Source: a virus (taxonomy: Duplodnaviria; Caudoviricetes). From it: a stretch of DNA of 24,528 bases. The position numbers and the translations under genes were made by a program. The stretch is from positions 1 through 24,528 of the IMG/VR virus record IMGVR_UViG_3300033151_000203. One strand, written 5' to 3'. The notes under the pieces were generated by a model. It searched no databases. It was not told where the DNA came from and saw nothing but the letters and a program-made list of their open reading frames with translations. Below, one piece after another: positions 1 to 8,037 of this stretch (its first letter is position 1; the number at the start of each line of letters is the position of its first letter).

Positions 1-113
1 TCTTCACGAATACGCTCTTTTACATATGTTCCTGTCCAAGGCATATCTAAATAATCTTTAATCAGTGTTAATGTCTGCTCATATTCATTAACTTTTTCAC
101 TGTCATTCATCAT
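1..113 (-). CDS. Hypothetical protein, partial (runs off the window edge)
   Basis: ATGATG at 113-108 overlaps the end of the ligase C-terminal frame; open frame MMNDSEKVNEYEQTLTLIKDYLDMPWTGTYVKERIRE... to position 1. Confidence 0.5.
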   Translation of the reverse strand, partial: MMNDSEKVNEYEQTLTLIKDYLDMPWTGTYVKERIRE

Positions 114-1127
114 CTTTATTTCTCCACACTGTAGCTGTTGGATGAAATGGTATTCCATCATTAGTCTCTTCAAAGTATTCTACTTGTACTTTCTGACCAA
201 GATATAAGTGCTTATGCTTCATTACCAGATGTTTGTCACTCATAGTGCCTGGTGCTGAGCACTTAAATGTTCTATCTCCTACCTTACAAGTTAAAATAGC
301 CCATCCATCTTTGGAAGGATTAATATCAACTACCTCAAACTCATCATCAAAACACTTCTTAAGTTTTCATTACCCTGTCTGATTATTAGACCTTCATAAC
401 CATCATCTATTACTTCAGATAAGTACTCTGTTATATTAGGTATAAGACAAGTAGAAGCTGTAGGAACTATGACAATTTTATCATTCTTAACAGGGATTAA
501 CAAGTCAATAACTTCTATCATTCTTTGGTTAAACGGTTCATCAGATATAGTATCATACACATGATATTCTAGTTCAGTAGATCCTGCTTGAGTTCTGCGT
601 ATTAAGCTACCAAGCTCTTGTAAAGGCATACCATGGATATACAACTCACCGTCCAGTGTGACATCTTCTGGTAAGTCTTTTAAACTGTCAAGTATATGAC
701 TTATAGAATTAATGATTTTACCGTTTCTTGAGTAAGCCAATAATTCACCACCAACTTTAGTAACCAGGCATCTGTGCCCGTTTAACTTCATCTGGCATCT
801 AGATCTAACTAAGTCTACTTGCTTTACTTTATCATATCTGTGAGCAAGCATAGGACGTGGCAGATTGAGCTGATTAGTTTTAGGCTTTTCAGCTTCTTCC
901 ATAGTTCTGCAGAATCCAAGGTCTAACTTCTTATTTATTCTGCTGTTAATTCTAGATTCTATCTGTTCTTCTATAGTCCTACCTACTTTGCCTTTGGTAA
1001 CCTCTTCAAACTTAGTCTGTGTAGCACCATCAATTATTCCATAAGAGATAAGAATTCCCTCATGGATGGCATCTATGGACCAATATCTCATTGATCCTCT
1101 ATTATCTTTATTGTATAAAGTTGGCAT
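103..1127 (-). pseudogene. lig: ATP-dependent DNA ligase, split by a frameshift/short deletion near 363-368
   Basis: Frame 1 (start MPTLYNKD at 1127) has PMLA, motif I variant QMKLNGHRC, AYSRNGK, motif III LDGELY, YHVYD and motif IV EGLIIR. The -1 frame 366..103 reads KLKKCFDDEFEVVD...GQKVQVEYFEETNDGIPFHP...WRNKDDE* (motif V plus OB domain). Could be an assembly error in an intact gene. Confidence 0.85.
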
Positions 1128-2181
1128 GAAATATCTCGCAATATGTACAATCAATCCCACATAATCTACTGTGGCATTCTATTTCTCCACCAACGAATGG
1201 TGTCAAGAAATTCCTTAGCTTATTAGTGTCTATCACTTCTAAATTACTTGGCAGCTCAGCCGCTTTGCCGTTTATACTTTCTATAGATTTCCATATATGC
1301 AAAAGGTTTCCATTAAACTTTCCGTTAACATACTTAGGTAGTATAAAATCAATAAAGTGCTGAGAAGCTGTTCGACCGGTAAGTTTAAAATCACTTATAC
1401 CAATAGCTTCATAATATTTAAAGTGTTCTGGTAATATCCAGAATAGATTTAACCAAGAAGACTGACTTTTATATCTCTCTCCTATACACTTATTAAATGG
1501 ATACTGCTTAAACTCCTTAGCATCCTGTAATGTCTTATTACTACCATGACATTGGTAGCAAGAGTCTCTATGTATACATGGGGTAGCTCCTTGGCTATAA
1601 CCAGTACCACAAGCTTCATTAGTCAATAGCTCAATCGTTATACCGCAGTGATTGCCAGCTTTAACAAACTGCTTGAGCATATAGAATGAACGATTATAGC
1701 TTATATGCATAACCATCTTCTCAATAAATGGATACTGCTCTTTTAAAGCTATTATCTGCCTTGGAGATTCTATTCTCATTATAGTAGATAACTCTACTCT
1801 AGGCTTATACAAGCACTTATTTATTAGTTCCAGTAGTAATGTATCAGCTACAATCATTCCTATACCAGCGTGGAATAGGTAGTAAGTAAGATTTTCTAAC
1901 TCTCCAAAATCAAAATCTTTCTTAGGTCCCACTGAAATAGCATTGCTAGTATACCAGAATTTAACTCCTATCTCTTTTAACTTGGCAGCATAAGATAGTA
2001 GGTTGTCGAGAGTGGCATTATCTGGAAATCTGTATAAAGGTCTGGCAGATAAATGATGGTGTTCTTTATCAGATCCATATACAGAGGTTATCTTGTTAAC
2101 AGATTTACTTGATCCATTATACTTACGTATAGATTTAACTGTATCATCTGTAAAATTGAACCCTAGGTTAATATTAGCCAT
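1108..2181 (-). CDS. Peptidase U32-family protein (Fe-S, TrhP/RlhA/UbiU-like hydroxylase superfamily)
   Basis: ELLTNEAC...CIHRDSCYQCH...NKC Cys cluster, WILPE, GISDFKLTGR (typical U32 FKIxGR), LST, extra C-terminal CxxxxCxxxCxYC. Confidence 0.85.
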   Translation of the reverse strand: MANINLGFNFTDDTVKSIRKYNGSSKSVNKITSVYGSDKEHHHLSARPLYRFPDNATLDNLLSYAAKLKEIGVKFWYTSNAISVGPKKDFDFGELENLTYYLFHAGIGMIVADTLLLELINKCLYKPRVELSTIMRIESPRQIIALKEQYPFIEKMVMHISYNRSFYMLKQFVKAGNHCGITIELLTNEACGTGYSQGATPCIHRDSCYQCHGSNKTLQDAKEFKQYPFNKCIGERYKSQSSWLNLFWILPEHFKYYEAIGISDFKLTGRTASQHFIDFILPKYVNGKFNGNLLHIWKSIESINGKAAELPSNLEVIDTNKLRNFLTPFVGGEIECHSRLCGIDCTYCEIFHANFIQ

Positions 2182-2728
2182 TCTTTATTCTCCAGATCAA
2201 GTGGTTAGTAGTAGATGCTACAGGCTCTGCACCAAGCAACTCTGACATGTACTCAGGTCTTAGGCAGCTCCCATCTGACCATAATCTAAGCCTTAAGTCT
2301 AAGAAGTCATCCCACTTATTTTCTATGACTATAAGCTCATCACTTTTAATGCTTTCCAGTAAACTCAGGATAGAATGAGGCATTAATAAGTGTAGAACTT
2401 CAGAGATAATGGTAGTGCACGTATTTAACGTATAGTTATATGCTGGACTAGTGATATTAGCATTCACATATCTGACATTATCAAATGTATCAAACTTTCG
2501 CTTATCTACTACGGTCTTGTTCTCATAATCTAAGCCTTCTATCATCCATCCAGATCCTCCCCCAAGATCTACTACCGACTTACCAGATAGGTTATTCTTT
2601 AGCCAAGGGATGACTTCTTTGGACTTCTCTTCATCTAGTTCTTTAATCAACAAGTCATATAAACATTCTGGTTTAGATAGGTCTCCATTGATTATTCGCT
2701 TCTTTACTTCTTCTGCGTAATTATTCAT
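2174..2728 (-). CDS. Class I SAM-dependent methyltransferase, O-methyltransferase family 2-like
   Basis: SVVDLGGGSG SAM-binding motif, TVVD, SEVLH, LIVIE and a C-terminal DLRL...G..LR.EY..LL resembling O-methyltransferases. Confidence 0.8.
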   Translation of the reverse strand: MNNYAEEVKKRIINGDLSKPECLYDLLIKELDEEKSKEVIPWLKNNLSGKSVVDLGGGSGWMIEGLDYENKTVVDKRKFDTFDNVRYVNANITSPAYNYTLNTCTTIISEVLHLLMPHSILSLLESIKSDELIVIENKWDDFLDLRLRLWSDGSCLRPEYMSELLGAEPVASTTNHLIWRIKNG

Positions 2729-3167
2729 TAATCATTTCCCATTTCCTATTATATGATTCCCATAAGATTACAGCTTCTTTATCTGTATACTCTTTTGAAA
2801 AGATTATCCTGCTACAAGATGTATCGATCAGTCTTCTGACACATGCGATACATGGACTAACTGTTATATAGCAAGTATATATACTAAATATATCTGAGCA
2901 CTTAGCTATTGCTATATCTTCAGCATGTTTTGCTATACATCTACTGGTATTACCTGACTCATCTAATGCTCCAGCACAAGGCTTATCATCTCCACCTTCG
3001 TGACTACAGTGAGGATAACCAGATGGTACAGAATTATAACCAGTGGATATGATTCTATGGTTCTTATCTGTTAGTACACATCCTACTGACCGCCTGCTAC
3101 AGGTAGCTCTTTCTGATACAGTTTTTGCTATGTTTAGGAAGTACTGGTCATTACTTGGTCTTTCCAT
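2721..3167 (-). CDS. dCMP deaminase
   Basis: RP...YFL.IA..VSERATC.RR.VGCV, STGYN, HAE and SPCxxC zinc motifs. Confidence 0.95.
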   Translation of the reverse strand: MERPSNDQYFLNIAKTVSERATCSRRSVGCVLTDKNHRIISTGYNSVPSGYPHCSHEGGDDKPCAGALDESGNTSRCIAKHAEDIAIAKCSDIFSIYTCYITVSPCIACVRRLIDTSCSRIIFSKEYTDKEAVILWESYNRKWEMINE

Positions 3168-3184
3168 AATATGTCCTAAATGAA

Positions 3185-3207
3185 GAAGGGGCTATAACAG
3201 CCCCTTC
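3185..3207 (-). terminator. Hairpin, probable intrinsic terminator/attenuator after the 225-aa gene
   Basis: GAAGGGGCT-5 nt-AGCCCCTTC perfect 9-bp stem; followed by TTCATTT on the minus strand (imperfect U tract). Confidence 0.65.
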
Positions 3208-3218
3208 ATATTAAGCGA

Positions 3219-3896
3219 TTACTTGATAGATTCTAAGATTTCTTTAGTTAACTTGAATACACCAACGTAGTAAGTGCCTGATCCTTCAGTCATGCCAATT
3301 TCAAGAGACTTCTCGATGATGGAAGATTTATCAGTATCTTCACCAGCAAGGTGACGGTCTTTAAACCAGTTGCATAACTGAGAAGACATAGAGGCAGGAG
3401 CTTCCCAACCAAAATGTTTACGCAGCTTATTGTAGTAAGATGTAGCCTTCTTAATATCGTCATACTCGCCAACAGTATTGATTCTAGCAATAACTTCATC
3501 ACGATTACCTTCAAGAGCATCTTCTTTATTGAAGGACTCAATCACTAATGTCCAAGTAGGATTACCACGTGGAGCAGCAACAGGCATAGTAATGTTTAAC
3601 TCGGTAGCTAATGCTTTTAAGTATCTGTTAACTGTAATATTAGTGATATCTAACTCAGCACCAATATTTCTTGCTTTAGCTACACCATCTTCAGTAGAAA
3701 TATCAAACTCTTCTACTCTAGCTTCCCATTCAGCTTTACGCTTAGCAGGAGATTTAATTAAACCAGCTTTAGTAGCCAATCTGTGATATTCAGACTGGCA
3801 TTCTTTAATTGATAGCTCGCCTTCAGTGTGAATCAGCATTATTACTTCGTCTTCACTTAACTCAATATTACTCTCAAAAATATCTTTTGCACTCAT
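3219..3896 (-). CDS. Hypothetical helical protein with two-fold internal repeat; paralog of 16329..16667
   Basis: GGAGA RBS, own promoter and terminator. DEVI..I.T.GE..IK...S.Y..L....G occurs twice. Confidence 0.8.
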   Translation of the reverse strand: MSAKDIFESNIELSEDEVIMLIHTEGELSIKECQSEYHRLATKAGLIKSPAKRKAEWEARVEEFDISTEDGVAKARNIGAELDITNITVNRYLKALATELNITMPVAAPRGNPTWTLVIESFNKEDALEGNRDEVIARINTVGEYDDIKKATSYYNKLRKHFGWEAPASMSSQLCNWFKDRHLAGEDTDKSSIIEKSLEIGMTEGSGTYYVGVFKLTKEILESIK

Positions 3897-3952
3897 CTTT
3901 TATTTTCTCCAAAATTTAAAATTAATCAAATAATTATTTATTTGATGTGTAT

Positions 3953-3982
3953 ATTATATCACGTTTATTAATCTTTGTAAAC
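3953..3982 (-). promoter_or_regulatory. Sigma70-type promoter GTTTACA-N17-TATAAT
   Basis: TTTACA (3981-3976), 17-nt spacer, TG-extended TATAAT (3958-3953). Confidence 0.8.
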
Positions 3983-4408
3983 TTCTATTTTCAACTAGTT
4001 TTTCAAATCCTCCATCTTCGTTAAAATCATATCTAATATGGCTAAGCTTAGTCATAACTGAGTCATATATGCATCTTAAGTTTTCAGCCTCTTCTTCACA
4101 CTTATTAACTAGTTCTTCATTATAATGAGGCTTATTATAATCTGGTTCACCATAACCAGTGCAATAAATCAATATGCCTTTCTTGGATATAAGTTTAGCT
4201 TGTTTATAATAAGCAGCTCTTTCTTTGAAAGATATTTTGGTAACTTTTGTATTACCATGTCTACTTGTATGCTTGATATACGACGGCCTTCTATTTGATT
4301 TTTTGGTTTAGTAGCATGAATTACTTCATAACCTGTACGACTAGCTAGTTTCTCGGCTAGCATGGACTTACCAGATCCATTAGTTCCGCATATTATTATT
4401 GTGCTCAT
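3954..4408 (-). pseudogene. dNMP/thymidylate kinase-like P-loop protein, frameshifted (two ORF-track pieces)
   Basis: N-terminal IIICGTNGSGKS Walker A (4408..4169). The -1 frame is open 4307..3954 and encodes KKGILIYCTG...IYDSVM...HIRYDF, resembling the kinase C-terminal half. Confidence 0.65.
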
Positions 4409-4796
4409 CTATAAGTTCCTCCATAAGTGATTCAGGTGACTCCCACCCGTCTGGTTTACTAGCATCAGCAGCATCAAACTCTTCTCTACCTCTTTTCTTA
4501 CCGAGAGCTTTCTTCATGTTAGCTTCATGAACAATTTTAAATAAAGTATCCAATAGTTCTTCAGGCACTCCCATCTTATATAGTGCACCATAAGCATAAT
4601 AAATACTATCTATAAGAGCATCTATTGCTTCTACAGAGTTAAACTCTTTTGTAGCTTCTAAGAATTCGTCAGCTTCTTCTTTTAACTGGTGAGTTGTTAA
4701 TTCACATACATCGTTATCAGCTAAGAAAATTAAGTGTTTTGGATCTATACCAAGTATTTCTTGGTTAAATTTCTCTGTCATTTCAAATCTCGTCAT
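4380..4796 (-). CDS. All-alpha NTP pyrophosphohydrolase (PRA-PH/MazG-like)
   Basis: LKEEADEF...EAIDALIDSIYYAYG...VHEANM.K...KPDGW.SP motifs; GAGGAG RBS before ATG 4796. Confidence 0.9.
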   Translation of the reverse strand: MTRFEMTEKFNQEILGIDPKHLIFLADNDVCELTTHQLKEEADEFLEATKEFNSVEAIDALIDSIYYAYGALYKMGVPEELLDTLFKIVHEANMKKALGKKRGREEFDAADASKPDGWESPESLMEELIDEHNNNMRN

Positions 4797-5244
4797 ATAT
4801 ATTCTCCTCATCAATGACGTATTCAATTATTAAGTCAGTTATGCCGAATTTATTTTGCACGTACAAATAGAATGCATTCAATATATCCAGCACGTTCTGT
4901 AAGTTATAATTGTGGGTTAGGTATAGGCTGTACGCGTTCCCTACAGCCCTGCTATCATATAGCACATCGTACTTAGACAGTAATACACTGTTAAACAATT
5001 TATCGAAGTTATAATTTATAACGTTATCCGATTTAATCCTTACAGCTTTATTAATGTCTAAACCATCTTGGTCACATGCAAACCATAAAGCCAGTAGTAT
5101 AGAGCAGTTAGTATTAAATCCTGCAAATACTAACTGGTCGTCTATGTATAACTCTGTATGTCTACCATCATGGCCAATACAGCTTAGAATTAATTTACCA
5201 CTTATTGACTGCATCATCCATGGACTCAGAAGAATCAGACTCAT
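4783..5244 (-). CDS. Hypothetical protein (start uncertain)
   Basis: Fills the gap between SSB-like and pyrophosphohydrolase genes and overlaps both; no motif recognised. Confidence 0.6.
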   Translation of the reverse strand: MSLILLSPWMMQSISGKLILSCIGHDGRHTELYIDDQLVFAGFNTNCSILLALWFACDQDGLDINKAVRIKSDNVINYNFDKLFNSVLLSKYDVLYDSRAVGNAYSLYLTHNYNLQNVLDILNAFYLYVQNKFGITDLIIEYVIDEENIYDEI

Positions 5245-5986
5245 ATGACTCTATTGGAATCTGTTCAGCTTTATTGTCTAACTTCTTAGTTGAAGCTATA
5301 GCAGCAACGAATGGAGATTCCCACTCTTTCTTTTCTGCTACATCTATAGCTAACTGACAATTATCGTCATCTAGTAGCCCTAAGTTTTCAAAAGTTAATT
5401 TAGGAACCGAAGCTTCATCGTCAAACCTTAGTCTGGTAATAACTATAGTAGGAGTAGGTATTCCATCTCTAGCTAATAGTTTACCATATTCTCCAAAAGG
5501 TTTTAAACTCATGACCGTTACAGTTAAGATATAAGTCACTGCATCTGGTTTACCAAGCTCTTCCGCTAATATAACATGCAAGCGCTTAGAATCTTTACAA
5601 GCCTTAGCCTTTTTACCTGCCATACTGGTGGCACTGCCCCACTGGTTCTTCTCACATACGCCGCATAGATCACTTAACGGTGTATCCACATATACATCTG
5701 GTCTTATTCCATCAGATGATTGACAATCTGGAGCATCTGCTGAACCTGGAGTGAAGCCCTTTTCATAGTAGGTTTTAACAAATCCATTACTAGGGGTTAT
5801 ACCTACTATAACTACATCAATCTCTTCACCAAGTTTAAGCTCTTCGTCTCCAGACTTCGCAGTGAACTTACTCTTATTAAGAGATATACGTGCAACTCCA
5901 CCGCCACCAACATCCATTTCGTCAGTTTTGACGATAGAACTCTTGGCAAGCATCGCTGCAATTGTGGGTGATATTTCTGTACTCAT
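5195..5986 (-). CDS. Putative ssDNA-binding/recombination protein with Cys (Zn) motif
   Basis: YY.KGF...PDCQS.DG..P...CxxC.KNQWGS...KAC...KRL pattern of phage replication modules; acidic tail ending in Trp like phage SSBs. Confidence 0.6.
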   Translation of the reverse strand: MSTEISPTIAAMLAKSSIVKTDEMDVGGGGVARISLNKSKFTAKSGDEELKLGEEIDVVIVGITPSNGFVKTYYEKGFTPGSADAPDCQSSDGIRPDVYVDTPLSDLCGVCEKNQWGSATSMAGKKAKACKDSKRLHVILAEELGKPDAVTYILTVTVMSLKPFGEYGKLLARDGIPTPTIVITRLRFDDEASVPKLTFENLGLLDDDNCQLAIDVAEKKEWESPFVAAIASTKKLDNKAEQIPIESYESDSSESMDDAVNKW

Positions 5987-6372
5987 GACTTTCTTACTCC
6001 GATTGATTGAATCTCTTCATACTTAACACCGAATACACTTGGTGCTAAGCCCTCTTCTATTAATTCCTTAACATGTTGTTTACTTACGTGAGCAGTAAAC
6101 AGACCATAGTCATTGTTATCAATAGCATATTTGATACGAGCATTTACGTCTTCCAGTGTAGCATAACTCTTGGTAACTCTAAATGCTGTACCTACTGATG
6201 TCTTAAAACTTTCCACACCAGTATCATTAGATATGTCTAACAATTGTGCTTCTAATATTGCTAAATTGTCTTTAACCTCCTTCTCTTTATCCTTATACAC
6301 TTTTCTGGCTTCGTCTAAACTTGAACGAAGTTCTATATACTTCTCTACTAAAACCTCTATATTCATATCCAT
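5983..6372 (-). CDS. Hypothetical phage protein (coiled-coil N-terminus)
   Basis: GGAGA RBS before ATG 6372; KYIELR...SFKTSVGT pattern; ATGA overlap with the next gene. Confidence 0.8.
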   Translation of the reverse strand: MDMNIEVLVEKYIELRSSLDEARKVYKDKEKEVKDNLAILEAQLLDISNDTGVESFKTSVGTAFRVTKSYATLEDVNARIKYAIDNNDYGLFTAHVSKQHVKELIEEGLAPSVFGVKYEEIQSIGVRKS

Positions 6373-6396
6373 ATATTTCTCCAATTCATAAGTTAT

Positions 6397-6426
6397 ATTA
6401 TATCACATTATTTATCGGTTGTAAAC
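6397..6426 (-). promoter_or_regulatory. Sigma70-type promoter GTTTACA-N17-TATAAT
   Basis: TTTACA (6425-6420), 17 nt, TG-extended TATAAT (6402-6397). Confidence 0.8.
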
Positions 6427-6428
6427 AC

Positions 6429-7763
6429 CTATTTTTTATACATATCAAGTAGAAGCTGAGAACTAATCTCTTTAGTTTCAAGAGTCTTATATAATTGCTT
6501 TTCAACGTAGCTTGAGTAAAAATTGATGACCAACTGGTTAAACTTCTGACCAGATCGTCTTATTCTACCTATAGCTTGGCGATAACATGAATTACCAAGT
6601 ATTGGTGAGAAAAAGATTATACATTTGCAGTACTGTAGATTAAGCCCATGCGAAGCGACTCGTGGCTGAGCTATAAGTATATTAAATTTACCAGCCTTGA
6701 AATCAGCAAATATTTCAGTTCTAGCTTTTAGATGTACATCACCGTATATTAATCTTGATGATGGTAATATAGAATGCAGATGTTTTGCAACAGCTACGAA
6801 TTGAACAAAGATAATCATTTGACCGACTTGACTTTGCACATGCAAAATCTCTTCAATTTTATCTTTTATTGGTAGTACTATTACTTCTCCATATTCATCA
6901 TATACACATCCACTAGCTATCTGTAAAAGCTTTGTGAATTTAACAGCAGCAGTTGATGCTACTATAGTACCCTCTTCATACTCAGCCACTTGGTCAGTGT
7001 ACATCTGCTTGTAAACTCTGGATTGCTCCTTAGTCATCTCAAACTCTCTGTACTCATATGTAATCGGAGGTAGATCAATACAATCCTCTATATTAAATCT
7101 TATAGCAGGTTGCAAAGCTCTATGTACTACGTGCTCAGCCTCTTCATTAGGTGTCCATAGATATTGATTGATCTGAATCATAGTCATAGCTCTCCATTTA
7201 GTAATGTAATTAGTAGGTAACATTTCAGGATTGATAACTTTGGCTATTCCAAACGCATCTACTGGACTATTGCCCATAGGTGTAGCAGATATACCGATTA
7301 CAGCCTTGGTATTTAACGTAAGTATCTGTACCATTCTAGATCTCTTTGACCTAGCATTCTTAAATGAGTCGACCTCATCTATGACTACCAAGTCAAAATT
7401 TGCTCTTAAGAACTCAGCACAATAATTTCTTACCGCATCAGTGTTAGTGATATAGAAGTGGGCATCTTTTAAAAGAGCAGCTAAACGCTTAGCACGAGGC
7501 CCGTGTACTATAGAGTAACTTCTATTTGGTAATGTTTCTATTATCTCATCTGCCCACACTGAATTCATTATGGATAACGGACATATTACAAGAATCTTTT
7601 TAATCTTATTAGACTCTAATAACATGTCAGCGTACCATAACGTAGACTTAGTTTTGCCAGAACCAAGGTCGCTAAAGTTATAACATCTTTTATTTGCTAA
7701 GTAAAAACGAATCGTCTCTAACTGGTGGGTGTACGGCTGTGGCCCTATGAACTCGTATTGCAC
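6429..7763 (-). CDS. SNF2-like superfamily 2 helicase
   Basis: PYTHQ Q-motif, DLGSGKT, VICPLS, IDEVD, SATP, HGLNLQ, QAIGRIRRSGQ. Confidence 0.92.
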   Translation of the reverse strand: MQYEFIGPQPYTHQLETIRFYLANKRCYNFSDLGSGKTKSTLWYADMLLESNKIKKILVICPLSIMNSVWADEIIETLPNRSYSIVHGPRAKRLAALLKDAHFYITNTDAVRNYCAEFLRANFDLVVIDEVDSFKNARSKRSRMVQILTLNTKAVIGISATPMGNSPVDAFGIAKVINPEMLPTNYITKWRAMTMIQINQYLWTPNEEAEHVVHRALQPAIRFNIEDCIDLPPITYEYREFEMTKEQSRVYKQMYTDQVAEYEEGTIVASTAAVKFTKLLQIASGCVYDEYGEVIVLPIKDKIEEILHVQSQVGQMIIFVQFVAVAKHLHSILPSSRLIYGDVHLKARTEIFADFKAGKFNILIAQPRVASHGLNLQYCKCIIFFSPILGNSCYRQAIGRIRRSGQKFNQLVINFYSSYVEKQLYKTLETKEISSQLLLDMYKK

Positions 7764-8037
7764 TGGTAACTTCTCCTATACCTTGTAATCCTCTACATAT
7801 TAAAGCCAAGCCTCCAGCTTGGTCTACTAAGTTTAGTTCTCTTTCTTGTAACTTACTAACTCTACCTGTGTCAGTCTTGACTTCAATAGCGATAAAGAGT
7901 CCATTAATACAAGCCAACACATCAGGCACACCGTTATGACTATATATAGTCGAATGAATCTTACGAATATAGCTTCCTTTGAACTCTTCACGTAACTTCT
8001 CCATTAGTTTCTTCTGTACTACAGACTCTTTAACCAT
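7690..8037 (-). CDS. VRR-NUC family endonuclease
   Basis: E..VQ...GVPD...NGLFIAIEVK..TGRVSKLQ PD-(D/E)XK pattern; likely start MVKES at 8037. Confidence 0.9.
   Translation of the reverse strand: MVKESVVQKKLMEKLREEFKGSYIRKIHSTIYSHNGVPDVLACINGLFIAIEVKTDTGRVSKLQERELNLVDQAGGLALICRGLQGIGEVTSAIRVHRATAVHPPVRDDSFLLSK

Noticed and set aside
1108-2181. Annotating the U32 protein as a collagenase/protease
   Set aside because: Legacy family name; conserved Cys clusters and gene context fit the Fe-S hydroxylase role better.
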